Of a DNA stretch of 64,000 nt, positions 25,463-34,004 are shown one piece after another. The position numbers were made by a program, and so were the translations under genes. The notes beneath the pieces are model-generated. The model worked only from the letters and a program-made list of their open reading frames with translations. It made no database searches and was not told the origin of the DNA. The stretch is from an uncultured Clostridia bacterium (GTDB taxonomy: Bacteria > Bacillota > Clostridia > Christensenellales > Borkfalkiaceae), in assembly GCA_947625865.1 (NCBI GenBank), contig CANQQD010000002.1, positions 39,457 to 103,456 of the forward strand, in the 5' to 3' direction. The first letter of the stretch is position 1, and each line of letters opens with the position of its first letter.

Positions 25463-27388
25463 ATGAAAAAGTACTTACGGAAAAAACAGAATACGCCGAG
25501 GGAAGGCGCAGAAACCTCATCGGGCGTCGTGCGGGCGAACGAACGGGGTTTTGCCTTTATCACTCCCGATGGCGGCGGCAAGGATCTGTTTGTGCCGCAC
25601 AGAAACCTGAACGGCGCATATCACGGCGACAAGGTGAATTTTTATCACGTCAAGGGCACCGTGGACGAGGCGGCGATAGTAAACGTAATCGGGCGCAACC
25701 CCTCCCCGCTCGTGGGCACGCTCATTTTCGACAGGCGTTCCGCGAGGGTGTATCCCGACGACGCCAAAAGACCTGCGGCGGCTGTGCCGCGGGATCTGCT
25801 CGGCGGCGCGAGAGACGGAGAAAAGGTCGTGTGCGAGATTTTGTCCTATCCCAAAGGCAGGGCTCCCATCGGCAGGATCGCCGAGATCATAGGCGAGGAG
25901 GGCGACCTTGCGGCGGAGGAGCTCTCGATAATACGCTCATTCGGGCTTGCGGAAGAATTTTCCGCAGAGGCGTTGAGGGAGGCTAAAAAGGAGCAAAATT
26001 CCACACCTGTGTTGCAAAACCGCCGCGATTTGAGAGATAAGATAATATTTACCATAGACGGCGAGGACACGCGGGACATGGACGACGCCGTGAGCATTGA
26101 AGATGTGGACGGCTGCTTTGTTTTGGGCGTTCATATAGCCGACGTAAGCCACTACGTCAAATACGGCTCCCACATCGACAGGGAGGCCTATGCGAGGGGG
26201 ACTTCCGTTTACTTCCCCGACAAGGTTTTGCCCATGCTGCCGAAGGAGCTTTCGAACGGAATATGCTCGCTGAACGAGGGCGAGGACAGATATGCCGTGA
26301 CATGCGAGATGACATTCACAAAAAGCGGCGAACGGCTCGGCTATGAAATTTATGAGAGCATAATAAACAGCCGCCATAAAATGACCTATCCCGAGATTAC
26401 GGCAATATGCGAGGGCGACCCCGATATGCGCGAAAAATACGCAGATATAGCGGAACGTGTTGAGTTTATGAAGCAATTGTGCCTGATACTCGAAGGCAGA
26501 CGAAGCGCCGCGGGAAGCGTGGATATGGAGATAACCGAGGCGCATATTTATGTGGACGGCAACGGAAAAATAGTAATTCCGCCCGCACAGAGGACCATAT
26601 CGCAGCGCATCGTAGAGCAATTTATGATATCCGCAAACGAAGCCGTGGCGGAGTTTATGCAAAAGAAAAAACTCCCCTGCCTCTACCGCATACACGAGAG
26701 CCCGTCGCCCGAAAAAGCTGCGGAATTTTTTGCGTTTTTGCGCGACCTCGGCGTGAACGTGCGGGCGGACAAGGACAATCTGAAGCCCTCCGATTATAAA
26801 AGAATTTTAGACGAAACGGCGGACAAGCCGTACTTCGGCATTATCAACAAGGTTATGCTGAGGAGCATGCAAAAGGCGAGATATTCGGGACAGAACTTAA
26901 AACACTTCGGGCTTGCCTCGGAGTGCTATTGCCACTTCACCTCCCCCATCCGCCGCTATCCCGATCTGTTCGTGCACCGCGTGCTGAAGTGCGCTCTGCA
27001 CGGCGGGGACAACAAAGCGGCGGCGCTCTTTTCGGAGTTTTTAAAGAGCGCGGGGCGGGAGCTTTCCGAAAGGGAGCGCATTGCCGACGAGGCAGAACGG
27101 CGTGTGGACGATCTTTATAAACTCGCATATATGTGCGATAAAATCGGCATGGAATTCGACGGGATAATTTCGGGAGTGACGGCGCATGCCGTTTATTGCG
27201 AGCTTGAAAACACCGTTGAGGGTATGATCCCTCTGGAGGATCTGCCCGCGGACAATTACGAATATGTTGAGGGAAAATTTATTTTAAAGGGCAGAAAACA
27301 CAGGTTCCGCATAGGCGACAGTCTGCGCGTGCAGATAGCGGCGTGCGATTTGGGAAGAATGAAGGTTATTATGAAAGTTTGCCTTTAA
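25463..27388 (+). CDS. rnr: ribonuclease R
   Basis: N-terminal cold-shock-like segments (GFAFITPDGG), RNB core (IDGEDTRDMDDAVS, HFTSPIRRYPD), C-terminal S1 domain. Confidence 0.92.
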   Translation: MKKYLRKKQNTPREGAETSSGVVRANERGFAFITPDGGGKDLFVPHRNLNGAYHGDKVNFYHVKGTVDEAAIVNVIGRNPSPLVGTLIFDRRSARVYPDDAKRPAAAVPRDLLGGARDGEKVVCEILSYPKGRAPIGRIAEIIGEEGDLAAEELSIIRSFGLAEEFSAEALREAKKEQNSTPVLQNRRDLRDKIIFTIDGEDTRDMDDAVSIEDVDGCFVLGVHIADVSHYVKYGSHIDREAYARGTSVYFPDKVLPMLPKELSNGICSLNEGEDRYAVTCEMTFTKSGERLGYEIYESIINSRHKMTYPEITAICEGDPDMREKYADIAERVEFMKQLCLILEGRRSAAGSVDMEITEAHIYVDGNGKIVIPPAQRTISQRIVEQFMISANEAVAEFMQKKKLPCLYRIHESPSPEKAAEFFAFLRDLGVNVRADKDNLKPSDYKRILDETADKPYFGIINKVMLRSMQKARYSGQNLKHFGLASECYCHFTSPIRRYPDLFVHRVLKCALHGGDNKAAALFSEFLKSAGRELSERERIADEAERRVDDLYKLAYMCDKIGMEFDGIISGVTAHAVYCELENTVEGMIPLEDLPADNYEYVEGKFILKGRKHRFRIGDSLRVQIAACDLGRMKVIMKVCL

Positions 27389-27440
27389 ATTCCGCTAACT
27401 TAATTTACTTATAAAAAATATTGTGATATAATTTTTAGCA

Positions 27441-27890
27441 ATGAAGCAGATTGCCTACAACAAGTACGCACTGTACGAATATTTCGTGCTTGAAAAATAT
27501 GAGGCGGGAATAGTTTTAGAGGGCTCGGAGGTCAAATCGCTCCGCGCGGGGAACTGCAACCTGAAGGACAGCTTTTGCCTTCTGAAGGGCGGCGAACTCA
27601 CCCTTAAAAATATGCACATTCCCGTGTACGACAAGGCGGGGGCGTTCAATTCCCGCGACAGCAAAAGGGACAGAAGGCTTTTGATGCACAAGCGGGAACT
27701 GGCAAGGCTTGCGGGCAAAATAAACGAAAAGGGCTATGCCCTCGTCCCCCTCTCCTTATATTTTTCGGGAAGCCTCGTCAAGGTTGAGGTTGCCCTGTGC
27801 AGAGGCAAGCAAAGCTACGACAAAAAACGCGTCATTGCCGAACGCGACCAAAAGAGAGCGCTCGACAGGGAGATCAAACAATACAGATAA
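27441..27890 (+). CDS. smpB: SsrA-binding protein SmpB
   Basis: YEAGIVL.GSEVKSLR and LLMHKRE motifs; 149 aa. Confidence 0.95.
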   Translation: MKQIAYNKYALYEYFVLEKYEAGIVLEGSEVKSLRAGNCNLKDSFCLLKGGELTLKNMHIPVYDKAGAFNSRDSKRDRRLLMHKRELARLAGKINEKGYALVPLSLYFSGSLVKVEVALCRGKQSYDKKRVIAERDQKRALDREIKQYR

Positions 27891-27899
27891 AGGTGAATC

Positions 27900-29174
27900 A
27901 TGGAAAAGAATTACAAACCGGACACGCTGTGCGTGCAGGCGGGGTATTCCCCCAAAAGCGGAGAGGCGAGAATACCGCCCATAGTGCAATCCACTACCTA
28001 CGCCTACGAAAAGGCGCAGGATATGGCGGACCTTTTTGATTTAAAGACCGACGGGTATTTCTACTCCCGCCTTGCGAACCCCACCGTTGCGGCGTTCGAG
28101 GGCAAGGTAGCCGCCCTCGAGCAGGGCGTTTGCGCCATAGGCTGCGCATCCGGAATGTCGGCGACGGCTCTCATGGTCATGACCGTTGCGGGCGCGGGCG
28201 ACAACATTGTTTCCTCCTCGGCTATTTACGGCGGGTCGTATAACCTGTTTTCGGTCACTTTGCCGAAGCTCGGGATAGAATGTAGATTTTTCGATCCCGA
28301 CGCACCCGCGGAAGAGATAGAGAAGCTAATCGACGGCAAGACAAAGCTTATTTTTACAGAGACCATTGCGAACCCCTCTATCGTCGTTCTCGATTTCGAC
28401 AAGTTCGCGGGCATAGCAAAAAAGCACGGCGTTCTGTTCGCGGTAGATAACACGCTTGCAACGCCCGTTTTGTGCAGACCCAAAGAATGGGGCGCAAACC
28501 TCGTTGTGCACTCCTCCTCGAAATATCTTGACGGGCATGCGGCGGCGCTCGGCGGAGTTATAGTGGATCTGGGAACATTCGACTTCAAAAACAACGCGAG
28601 ATATCTGTCGTTCAACGAGCCCGACGAGAGCTATCACGGACTTGTGTACGCCGATCTGCCCGTGGCGTTCGGGACAAAGTGCCGCGCACAGATGATAAGG
28701 GATTTCGGAGCCATAATGAGCCCGCAGAACGGCTTTTTATCGTACATAGGCTGCGACACCCTCGCCCTGCGCATGGAGAGACACAGCCGCAACGCCGCGA
28801 GGATAGCGGAATATCTTGCGCACCACCCGAAGATCGAATGGATAAAGTATCCGTCGCTGGAGAGCAACAAATATCATAAGCTCGCCATGAAATACCTGCC
28901 CGACGGACAGGGCGGAATGATGAGCTTCGGAATAAAGGGAAGCGTTGAAAAGTGCGCGCTGTTTATGGAATCGCTGAAACTTATCACTCAGGAAACGCAC
29001 GTTGCGGACGTGAGAAGCTGCGTGCTGCACCCCGCCTCCACCACCCACCGACAGCTCTCGGAGGAGGATCTGAAGGCGGCGGGCGTACCGCATAACCTCG
29101 TAAGGCTTTCAGTAGGAATAGAGAACGTTGACGACCTTATAGCCGACCTCGGACAGGCGCTCGATAAGGTTTGA
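27900..29174 (+). CDS. metY: O-acetylhomoserine sulfhydrylase (PLP-dependent, Cys/Met metabolism family)
   Basis: YSRLANPT and HSSSKYLDGH (PLP Lys) motifs; 424 aa. Confidence 0.85.
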   Translation: MEKNYKPDTLCVQAGYSPKSGEARIPPIVQSTTYAYEKAQDMADLFDLKTDGYFYSRLANPTVAAFEGKVAALEQGVCAIGCASGMSATALMVMTVAGAGDNIVSSSAIYGGSYNLFSVTLPKLGIECRFFDPDAPAEEIEKLIDGKTKLIFTETIANPSIVVLDFDKFAGIAKKHGVLFAVDNTLATPVLCRPKEWGANLVVHSSSKYLDGHAAALGGVIVDLGTFDFKNNARYLSFNEPDESYHGLVYADLPVAFGTKCRAQMIRDFGAIMSPQNGFLSYIGCDTLALRMERHSRNAARIAEYLAHHPKIEWIKYPSLESNKYHKLAMKYLPDGQGGMMSFGIKGSVEKCALFMESLKLITQETHVADVRSCVLHPASTTHRQLSEEDLKAAGVPHNLVRLSVGIENVDDLIADLGQALDKV

Positions 29175-29212
29175 CAGTAAATAAAAAATAATTTGTAAAA
29201 GGAGATACGAAG

Positions 29213-30142
29213 TTGCCCATAGTCATTGATAAAGAGCTTCCGGCATATAAAATTCTTACGGGCGAGCGGCTGTTCGTGATGGACCACGAGCGCGCTTTTA
29301 ATCAGGACATACGTCCCATAGAGATAGCAATACTTAACCTTATGCCCAACAAGGAGACCACCGAAACTCAGCTTATGCGGCTGCTTTCAAATTCTCCGTT
29401 GCAGGTCAACATAACTTTAATAAACACCTCGTCATACAGCGCGACGCACACGGAAAAGGGGTATTTGGAGAGATTTTACAAAACCTTTAACGAAATAGAA
29501 AACAAGAAATTCGACGGAATGATAATCACGGGCGCACCCGTGGAAAATCTGCCCTTCGAGAAGGTTGCATACTGGAAGGAGCTTGTGGATATTCTCGACT
29601 GGACGAAATCAAACGTTACCTCCACCCTATTCATTTGCTGGGGCGCGCAGGCGGCGCTCTACCACTTCTACGGCATAAGAAAGCACGCCCTCAAGGATAA
29701 ATGCTTCGGGATATTCGCCCACCAGCGCATACGCGACGGAGTGCCCGAGCCGCTGATGAGAGGTATTTCGGACGAATTCCACATGCCGCACTCGAGGCAT
29801 ACCATTATCTATGCCAAGGATATAATGCATGTGAGCGATCTGAAGATACTTGCATATTCCAAAAAGGCGGGCGCCTCCATAATAAAGAGCGTTGACAACC
29901 GCAGGGTGTTCGTGACGGGGCATATGGAGTACGACAGATACACATTGAAAACCGAGTACGAGCGCGACCTTGCAAAGGGGCTGCCCATAAAGCCGCCGGT
30001 CAACTACTTTTCGGACAACGCAATGACCGAAGTCAAGATGAACTGGACTTCGACGGCGAACCTTTTTTACATAAATTGGCTGAACTACTACGTTTATCAG
30101 GTCACGCCCTACGATATCAATACCATCGAGGCAGGCAAGTAA
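29213..30142 (+). CDS. metA: homoserine O-acyltransferase MetA
   Basis: TTG start. IRPIEIAILNLMP, GMIITGAP, ICWGAQAALY (catalytic Cys) pattern. Confidence 0.9.
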   Translation: MPIVIDKELPAYKILTGERLFVMDHERAFNQDIRPIEIAILNLMPNKETTETQLMRLLSNSPLQVNITLINTSSYSATHTEKGYLERFYKTFNEIENKKFDGMIITGAPVENLPFEKVAYWKELVDILDWTKSNVTSTLFICWGAQAALYHFYGIRKHALKDKCFGIFAHQRIRDGVPEPLMRGISDEFHMPHSRHTIIYAKDIMHVSDLKILAYSKKAGASIIKSVDNRRVFVTGHMEYDRYTLKTEYERDLAKGLPIKPPVNYFSDNAMTEVKMNWTSTANLFYINWLNYYVYQVTPYDINTIEAGK

Positions 30143-30146
30143 AACA

Positions 30147-30182
30147 GCGGCGGCGAGCATGTGCTCGCCGCCGCATTTTTTT
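30147..30182. terminator. bidirectional terminator between metA and the protease gene
   Basis: GCGGCGGCGAGCA / TGCTCGCCGCCGC stem plus TTTTTTT. Confidence 0.85.
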
Positions 30183-30212
30183 ACACTTGAAGCCGTTTTT
30201 CCAAAATGCAAT

Positions 30213-31484
30213 TCAGACCATATTTTTGAATGTGGGAGTAAAGTTTATAAGCGTTTCCACTCCGTTGCGGGAAACGGTGTAGGTTATCTTATAGCCGTCG
30301 CGGGCGGATATGAGCGTATCCTTTACGTTATAAAACCTTGTAACGTCCCGATCCTCCACCGCCGTTCCGCCGCCGTCGGTGATCTTTATGTGCTTTAAAA
30401 TATCCCCCGCCCTGAATCCGCCGTAATCGCCGAGAATATAGACCGTGTCCGAAATTTCGGTAAGACCGGCGTCGTTGTTGAAATATGACTTTGTCGAGTA
30501 GCCGTATTCCGCGGAGAAAACGGCGCGCCGGATGCCGTAGGAGCCCGAGGTCGATCTGTAGCCGTCGCGCATGAGCTTATAGAGCCGTTTTACATACGAG
30601 CCACACAGGGCGTAGCCCATGTTCTCGTTCTCGGGATCGGACTCCTTGGCGTTGACTATGCCCAATATTCTGCCGGAGGTATCGAAAAGCGCGCCGCCGG
30701 AGTTGCCGCCGTTTACGCCCGCGTCCGTGCGCATTACACGGTAAATGTTGGATTCGTCGGTCGACGAGGCAAAGTCGAGCGCGACAAGCTCGCTCTCCTT
30801 GCTTATTATGCCCGAGGTTACGGATATGCCCGTTCCGCCGGGGTTGCCCACGGTGTAGACAGGCTCGCCGGCATAGACGTCGTCGCTTTCCGCAAAGACG
30901 GCGGCGCGGACGTCGCTGTTCTTTATCAATTCGCTTCCGCTCACCTTCAGAAGGGCTAAATCATATGTCACCGAATAGTTTACTATCTGCACCCCGTCTA
31001 TGTGCGGGGGAGACAGGGCGAACACGTCGTTGCCGTAAAGATACAGGCTCACCGCTTTTGCCGTGTTCGGATAGGCGTCCTCCTTGTAAACAACGTGCGC
31101 GTTGGTTAAAACGTATGCGTCGCCCGCCGATTTATCCAGATCGACGATCACTCCCGCGCCCGCATATGATTTTTCGGCCGAGAGGTTATAGCCGAACGTG
31201 GCTATGACGTTGACCGCCGAGAGCAGCGAACGGTTCATGACAGTTTGGAGGCTTTTATTTTCGTCATACTCAAAATCGTATTGGAGATACTCTTTCAAAA
31301 AGCCGAGAAAATCGAGCTGTGGAAGCCCCTGCTTTTCGCGTTCTGCGTTAGCCTCTTCGTAGATATCGTAAATATTCAGATCCTGCCCGTCCCTGCCGTC
31401 GGCGCCGTCGAACATGCTGCAACCGGCAAACGCCGCAACGGAGATGAGAAGAGCCGAGAACACAATACATATTATTTTTTTCAT
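30213..31484 (-). CDS. trypsin-like (S1) serine protease lipoprotein
   Basis: Signal MKKIICIVFSALLISVAAFAGC. Catalytic-triad context TNAHVV ... D ... GNSGGALFD. Confidence 0.8.
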   Translation of the reverse strand: MKKIICIVFSALLISVAAFAGCSMFDGADGRDGQDLNIYDIYEEANAEREKQGLPQLDFLGFLKEYLQYDFEYDENKSLQTVMNRSLLSAVNVIATFGYNLSAEKSYAGAGVIVDLDKSAGDAYVLTNAHVVYKEDAYPNTAKAVSLYLYGNDVFALSPPHIDGVQIVNYSVTYDLALLKVSGSELIKNSDVRAAVFAESDDVYAGEPVYTVGNPGGTGISVTSGIISKESELVALDFASSTDESNIYRVMRTDAGVNGGNSGGALFDTSGRILGIVNAKESDPENENMGYALCGSYVKRLYKLMRDGYRSTSGSYGIRRAVFSAEYGYSTKSYFNNDAGLTEISDTVYILGDYGGFRAGDILKHIKITDGGGTAVEDRDVTRFYNVKDTLISARDGYKITYTVSRNGVETLINFTPTFKNMV

Positions 31485-32695
31485 AATTCAAAACCGTTTT
31501 CCTTTAACAGTGCGCGGGCAGTTTCCACACTGTCGGCGCCCTCCGCGTTTTTGACGGGAGCAAATTCCTTATTCCTTTCCACCTCGAACGGGAGACAGTT
31601 TTTCATGGCGTTCACCATATCGACGACAAGCGTTTCGAACTTGTAGCCGCAGGGCTCCGACGGATGGACCTCTACGCCGTTCTCTATATGAGCTATCTTC
31701 TTTTTGGCGAGATGATAGGGGAAGTTTGCGCAGTCCACCTCCTTTAAAGCCTTTAAGCTGAACAGATAATTCAAGGTGATGCCGTTGCAATAGACAAGTT
31801 TGCCGTTCTCCCTCTCGTTCTTTAAAGCTTCGTCCATTTCGTAATATTCTATAACCGACGGCTTGCCGTCCACCTTGCACAAAAGCCCGACGTTCTCCCC
31901 GGGAAGTTCCTTGCGCACGATCTTAGCCGAACAGTCATATCCCCCCGCTACCGTGGCGCCTATGAAGAGCGGATCGCAGAAACTCTGCAAAACGTTGTCG
32001 ACGCCGCAGACGTTGACCCACTCCACGCCCTCGCGCTCCAGCACCCTGTCGAGCCCGCACGAAATGAGCGATTTGTACCAGCCGCCGTTGCCGTTCGGCG
32101 CGGTGAGCACGCGGTATTTCTTTTCGAGATAGACCTTGCCATCCGTGGAGCAGGCGGGGGCTACGTCCTGCACGAAAAAGAAAATTTTATTTTTCGGATA
32201 GCCGAAATAGTTGTTTTCTTCAAAAAAACCGACCGTGTCGTCGTTGTTGGCGCGGCTCGTCATTATGAATACGGGAAACGCCCTGCCCGCGCGCCCCGCC
32301 ACGCCGAGCATATTCCGCATATGCAGACCGAAGATCGGGAGCGGACGGGTGACGCCTATATTGTACATGCCCTTAGGCTTATCGAAGCCGAGGCGGGTGC
32401 CCTGACCCCCGGCAAGTAGAACTGCGGCGACCTTACCTTCCGAAAGGAGCTTCAAGCCCGCCCTTTCGAATATGTCGCTGTTTTTGCGTATCTCCTCCAA
32501 AGAAAGGGGCTTTAAGGGCTCTATGCGCCCGCGCGGCTCGGAGACGCGGCCAATATTTTTAAGCACGGAAAAATCGGCGCTCTCTATGTCCTTTAACAGG
32601 AGCTCCCTCTCCTCCCCGGTCAATTCCCCGTAATATTCGAGGAGCTGCTCCTGACCTATTTCATTGAGATACTTTTTCGCGGTTGTATAATCCAT
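31481..32695 (-). CDS. UDP-sugar / UDP-N-acetylhexosamine pyrophosphorylase (eukaryotic-type UDPGP family)
   Basis: LLAGGQGTRLGFDKPKGMY nucleotide-binding loop and PNGNGG motif; 404 aa. Its stop overlaps the protease start by 4 nt. Confidence 0.8.
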   Translation of the reverse strand: MDYTTAKKYLNEIGQEQLLEYYGELTGEERELLLKDIESADFSVLKNIGRVSEPRGRIEPLKPLSLEEIRKNSDIFERAGLKLLSEGKVAAVLLAGGQGTRLGFDKPKGMYNIGVTRPLPIFGLHMRNMLGVAGRAGRAFPVFIMTSRANNDDTVGFFEENNYFGYPKNKIFFFVQDVAPACSTDGKVYLEKKYRVLTAPNGNGGWYKSLISCGLDRVLEREGVEWVNVCGVDNVLQSFCDPLFIGATVAGGYDCSAKIVRKELPGENVGLLCKVDGKPSVIEYYEMDEALKNERENGKLVYCNGITLNYLFSLKALKEVDCANFPYHLAKKKIAHIENGVEVHPSEPCGYKFETLVVDMVNAMKNCLPFEVERNKEFAPVKNAEGADSVETARALLKENGFEL

Positions 32696-32867
32696 AATAA
32701 CTTTACCTATAAATTTTCAGTTCAATAGATTATACTATATTGTAAAAAATATGTCAACAGATATGCCAAATTGTGCAGAGGGTATTGAAAACGGAAAAAT
32801 TTTGATATATAATATAATGTATATAAGATTTTTTATTATGCGTTGGGATCTCATAAGGAGGAAAAAT

Positions 32868-33359
32868 ATGTTCTGCGTAGAATGTGGCGGACCGCTTACG
32901 CTTATGTATGCGAAGGGCGAAGGGCTTGTGCCCTTCTGCAAAAATTGCGGGGAATTCCGCTTCCCGCAGTTTGCGACTGCCGTGAGTATGGTGGTAGTGA
33001 ACAGGGCAAAGGATAAAATTTTGCTGGCTAAGCACATAGGTCAGGAGGACTATATCCTGTTTGCCGGATACATCAAAAAGGGAGAGACGGCGGAAAAAGC
33101 CGTTTGCCGCGAGTTTAAGGAGGAAACGGGACTGAACACCGTTAAGGCAAAGTTCATGTCCTCCCGCTATCACGAGCCTAAAAACGTGCTTATGCTCAAC
33201 TTCCTGATGATCGCCGAGGACGGCGAAATCACGATAGACACCAAGGAGCTTACGGAAGTCACATGGTTTACGATGGACGAGGCGGCGGAGCGCATAAAAA
33301 AGGACTCCACTGCCGAATACTTCCTGAAAAACGCCATGAACGAAATCAAAAAATTATAA
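32868..33359 (+). CDS. NUDIX hydrolase with N-terminal zinc ribbon (NudC-like)
   Basis: RBS AGGAGGAAAAATATG. CVECGG...CKNCG zinc ribbon. Nudix box GYIKKGETAEKAVCREFKEETGL fits G-x5-E-x7-REUxEExGU. Confidence 0.82.
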   Translation: MFCVECGGPLTLMYAKGEGLVPFCKNCGEFRFPQFATAVSMVVVNRAKDKILLAKHIGQEDYILFAGYIKKGETAEKAVCREFKEETGLNTVKAKFMSSRYHEPKNVLMLNFLMIAEDGEITIDTKELTEVTWFTMDEAAERIKKDSTAEYFLKNAMNEIKKL

Positions 33360-33369
33360 GGAGACGGAT

Positions 33370-33966
33370 ATGTATTTACTTGGCACGTTGTCACCAGGTC
33401 AGATCGCGGCAATTTCGGTAGGCGCGGCGGTCCTGCTTTTGGCTGTCATTTTTGTGGTTTGGGGCTTTGCGGTACACAATAAATTCGTGGCTCTGCGCTC
33501 CAACATCGAGGAAGCATTTTCGACTATGGACGTGCATCTGAAAAAGAGATACGACCTTATACCAAACCTTGTTGAAACGGTCAAGGGCTATGCAAAGCAC
33601 GAGAGCGGGGTTTTGGAGGAGGTAACTAAGGCGCGCGCACACGCCGCCGCGGCGAACACCGCCGCCGAGAAGATAGAGGCAAACGCGCAGCTTTCGCAGG
33701 CTCTGCGCTCCCTCAATCTCGTTATGGAGAGATATCCCGAGCTCAAAGCCAACCAGAACTTTTTGGGATTGCAGGGCGACCTTAAGAGCATAGAAAACGA
33801 GATAGCCAACTCCCGCAGATATTACAACGGGGTGGTGAAGGCTTTCAATACAAAGCGCGAAACGATCCCCTCCAACATAATCGCCAAAATGATGAAGCTG
33901 GAAAAGCAGCCGTATTTTGAGGTCGCGGACGAAGCCGAGAGGCAAAACGTTGAAGTAAAATTCTGA
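33370..33966 (+). CDS. lemA: LemA family protein
   Basis: N-terminal TM segment plus the typical LemA body (KRYDLIPNLVETVKGYAKHE, YPELKANQNF, RRYYNGVV..FN). Confidence 0.9.
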   Translation: MYLLGTLSPGQIAAISVGAAVLLLAVIFVVWGFAVHNKFVALRSNIEEAFSTMDVHLKKRYDLIPNLVETVKGYAKHESGVLEEVTKARAHAAAANTAAEKIEANAQLSQALRSLNLVMERYPELKANQNFLGLQGDLKSIENEIANSRRYYNGVVKAFNTKRETIPSNIIAKMMKLEKQPYFEVADEAERQNVEVKF

Positions 33967-34004
33967 TTTTTACCGAACGCGGACAGCGTTTAAAGGGGAA
34001 AAGT

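Noticed and set aside
27891-27899. Expected tmRNA (ssrA) gene downstream of smpB.
   Set aside because: Only 9 nt separate smpB from metY. No tRNA-like acceptor/T-arm or tag-reading-frame sequence was seen anywhere in the window.
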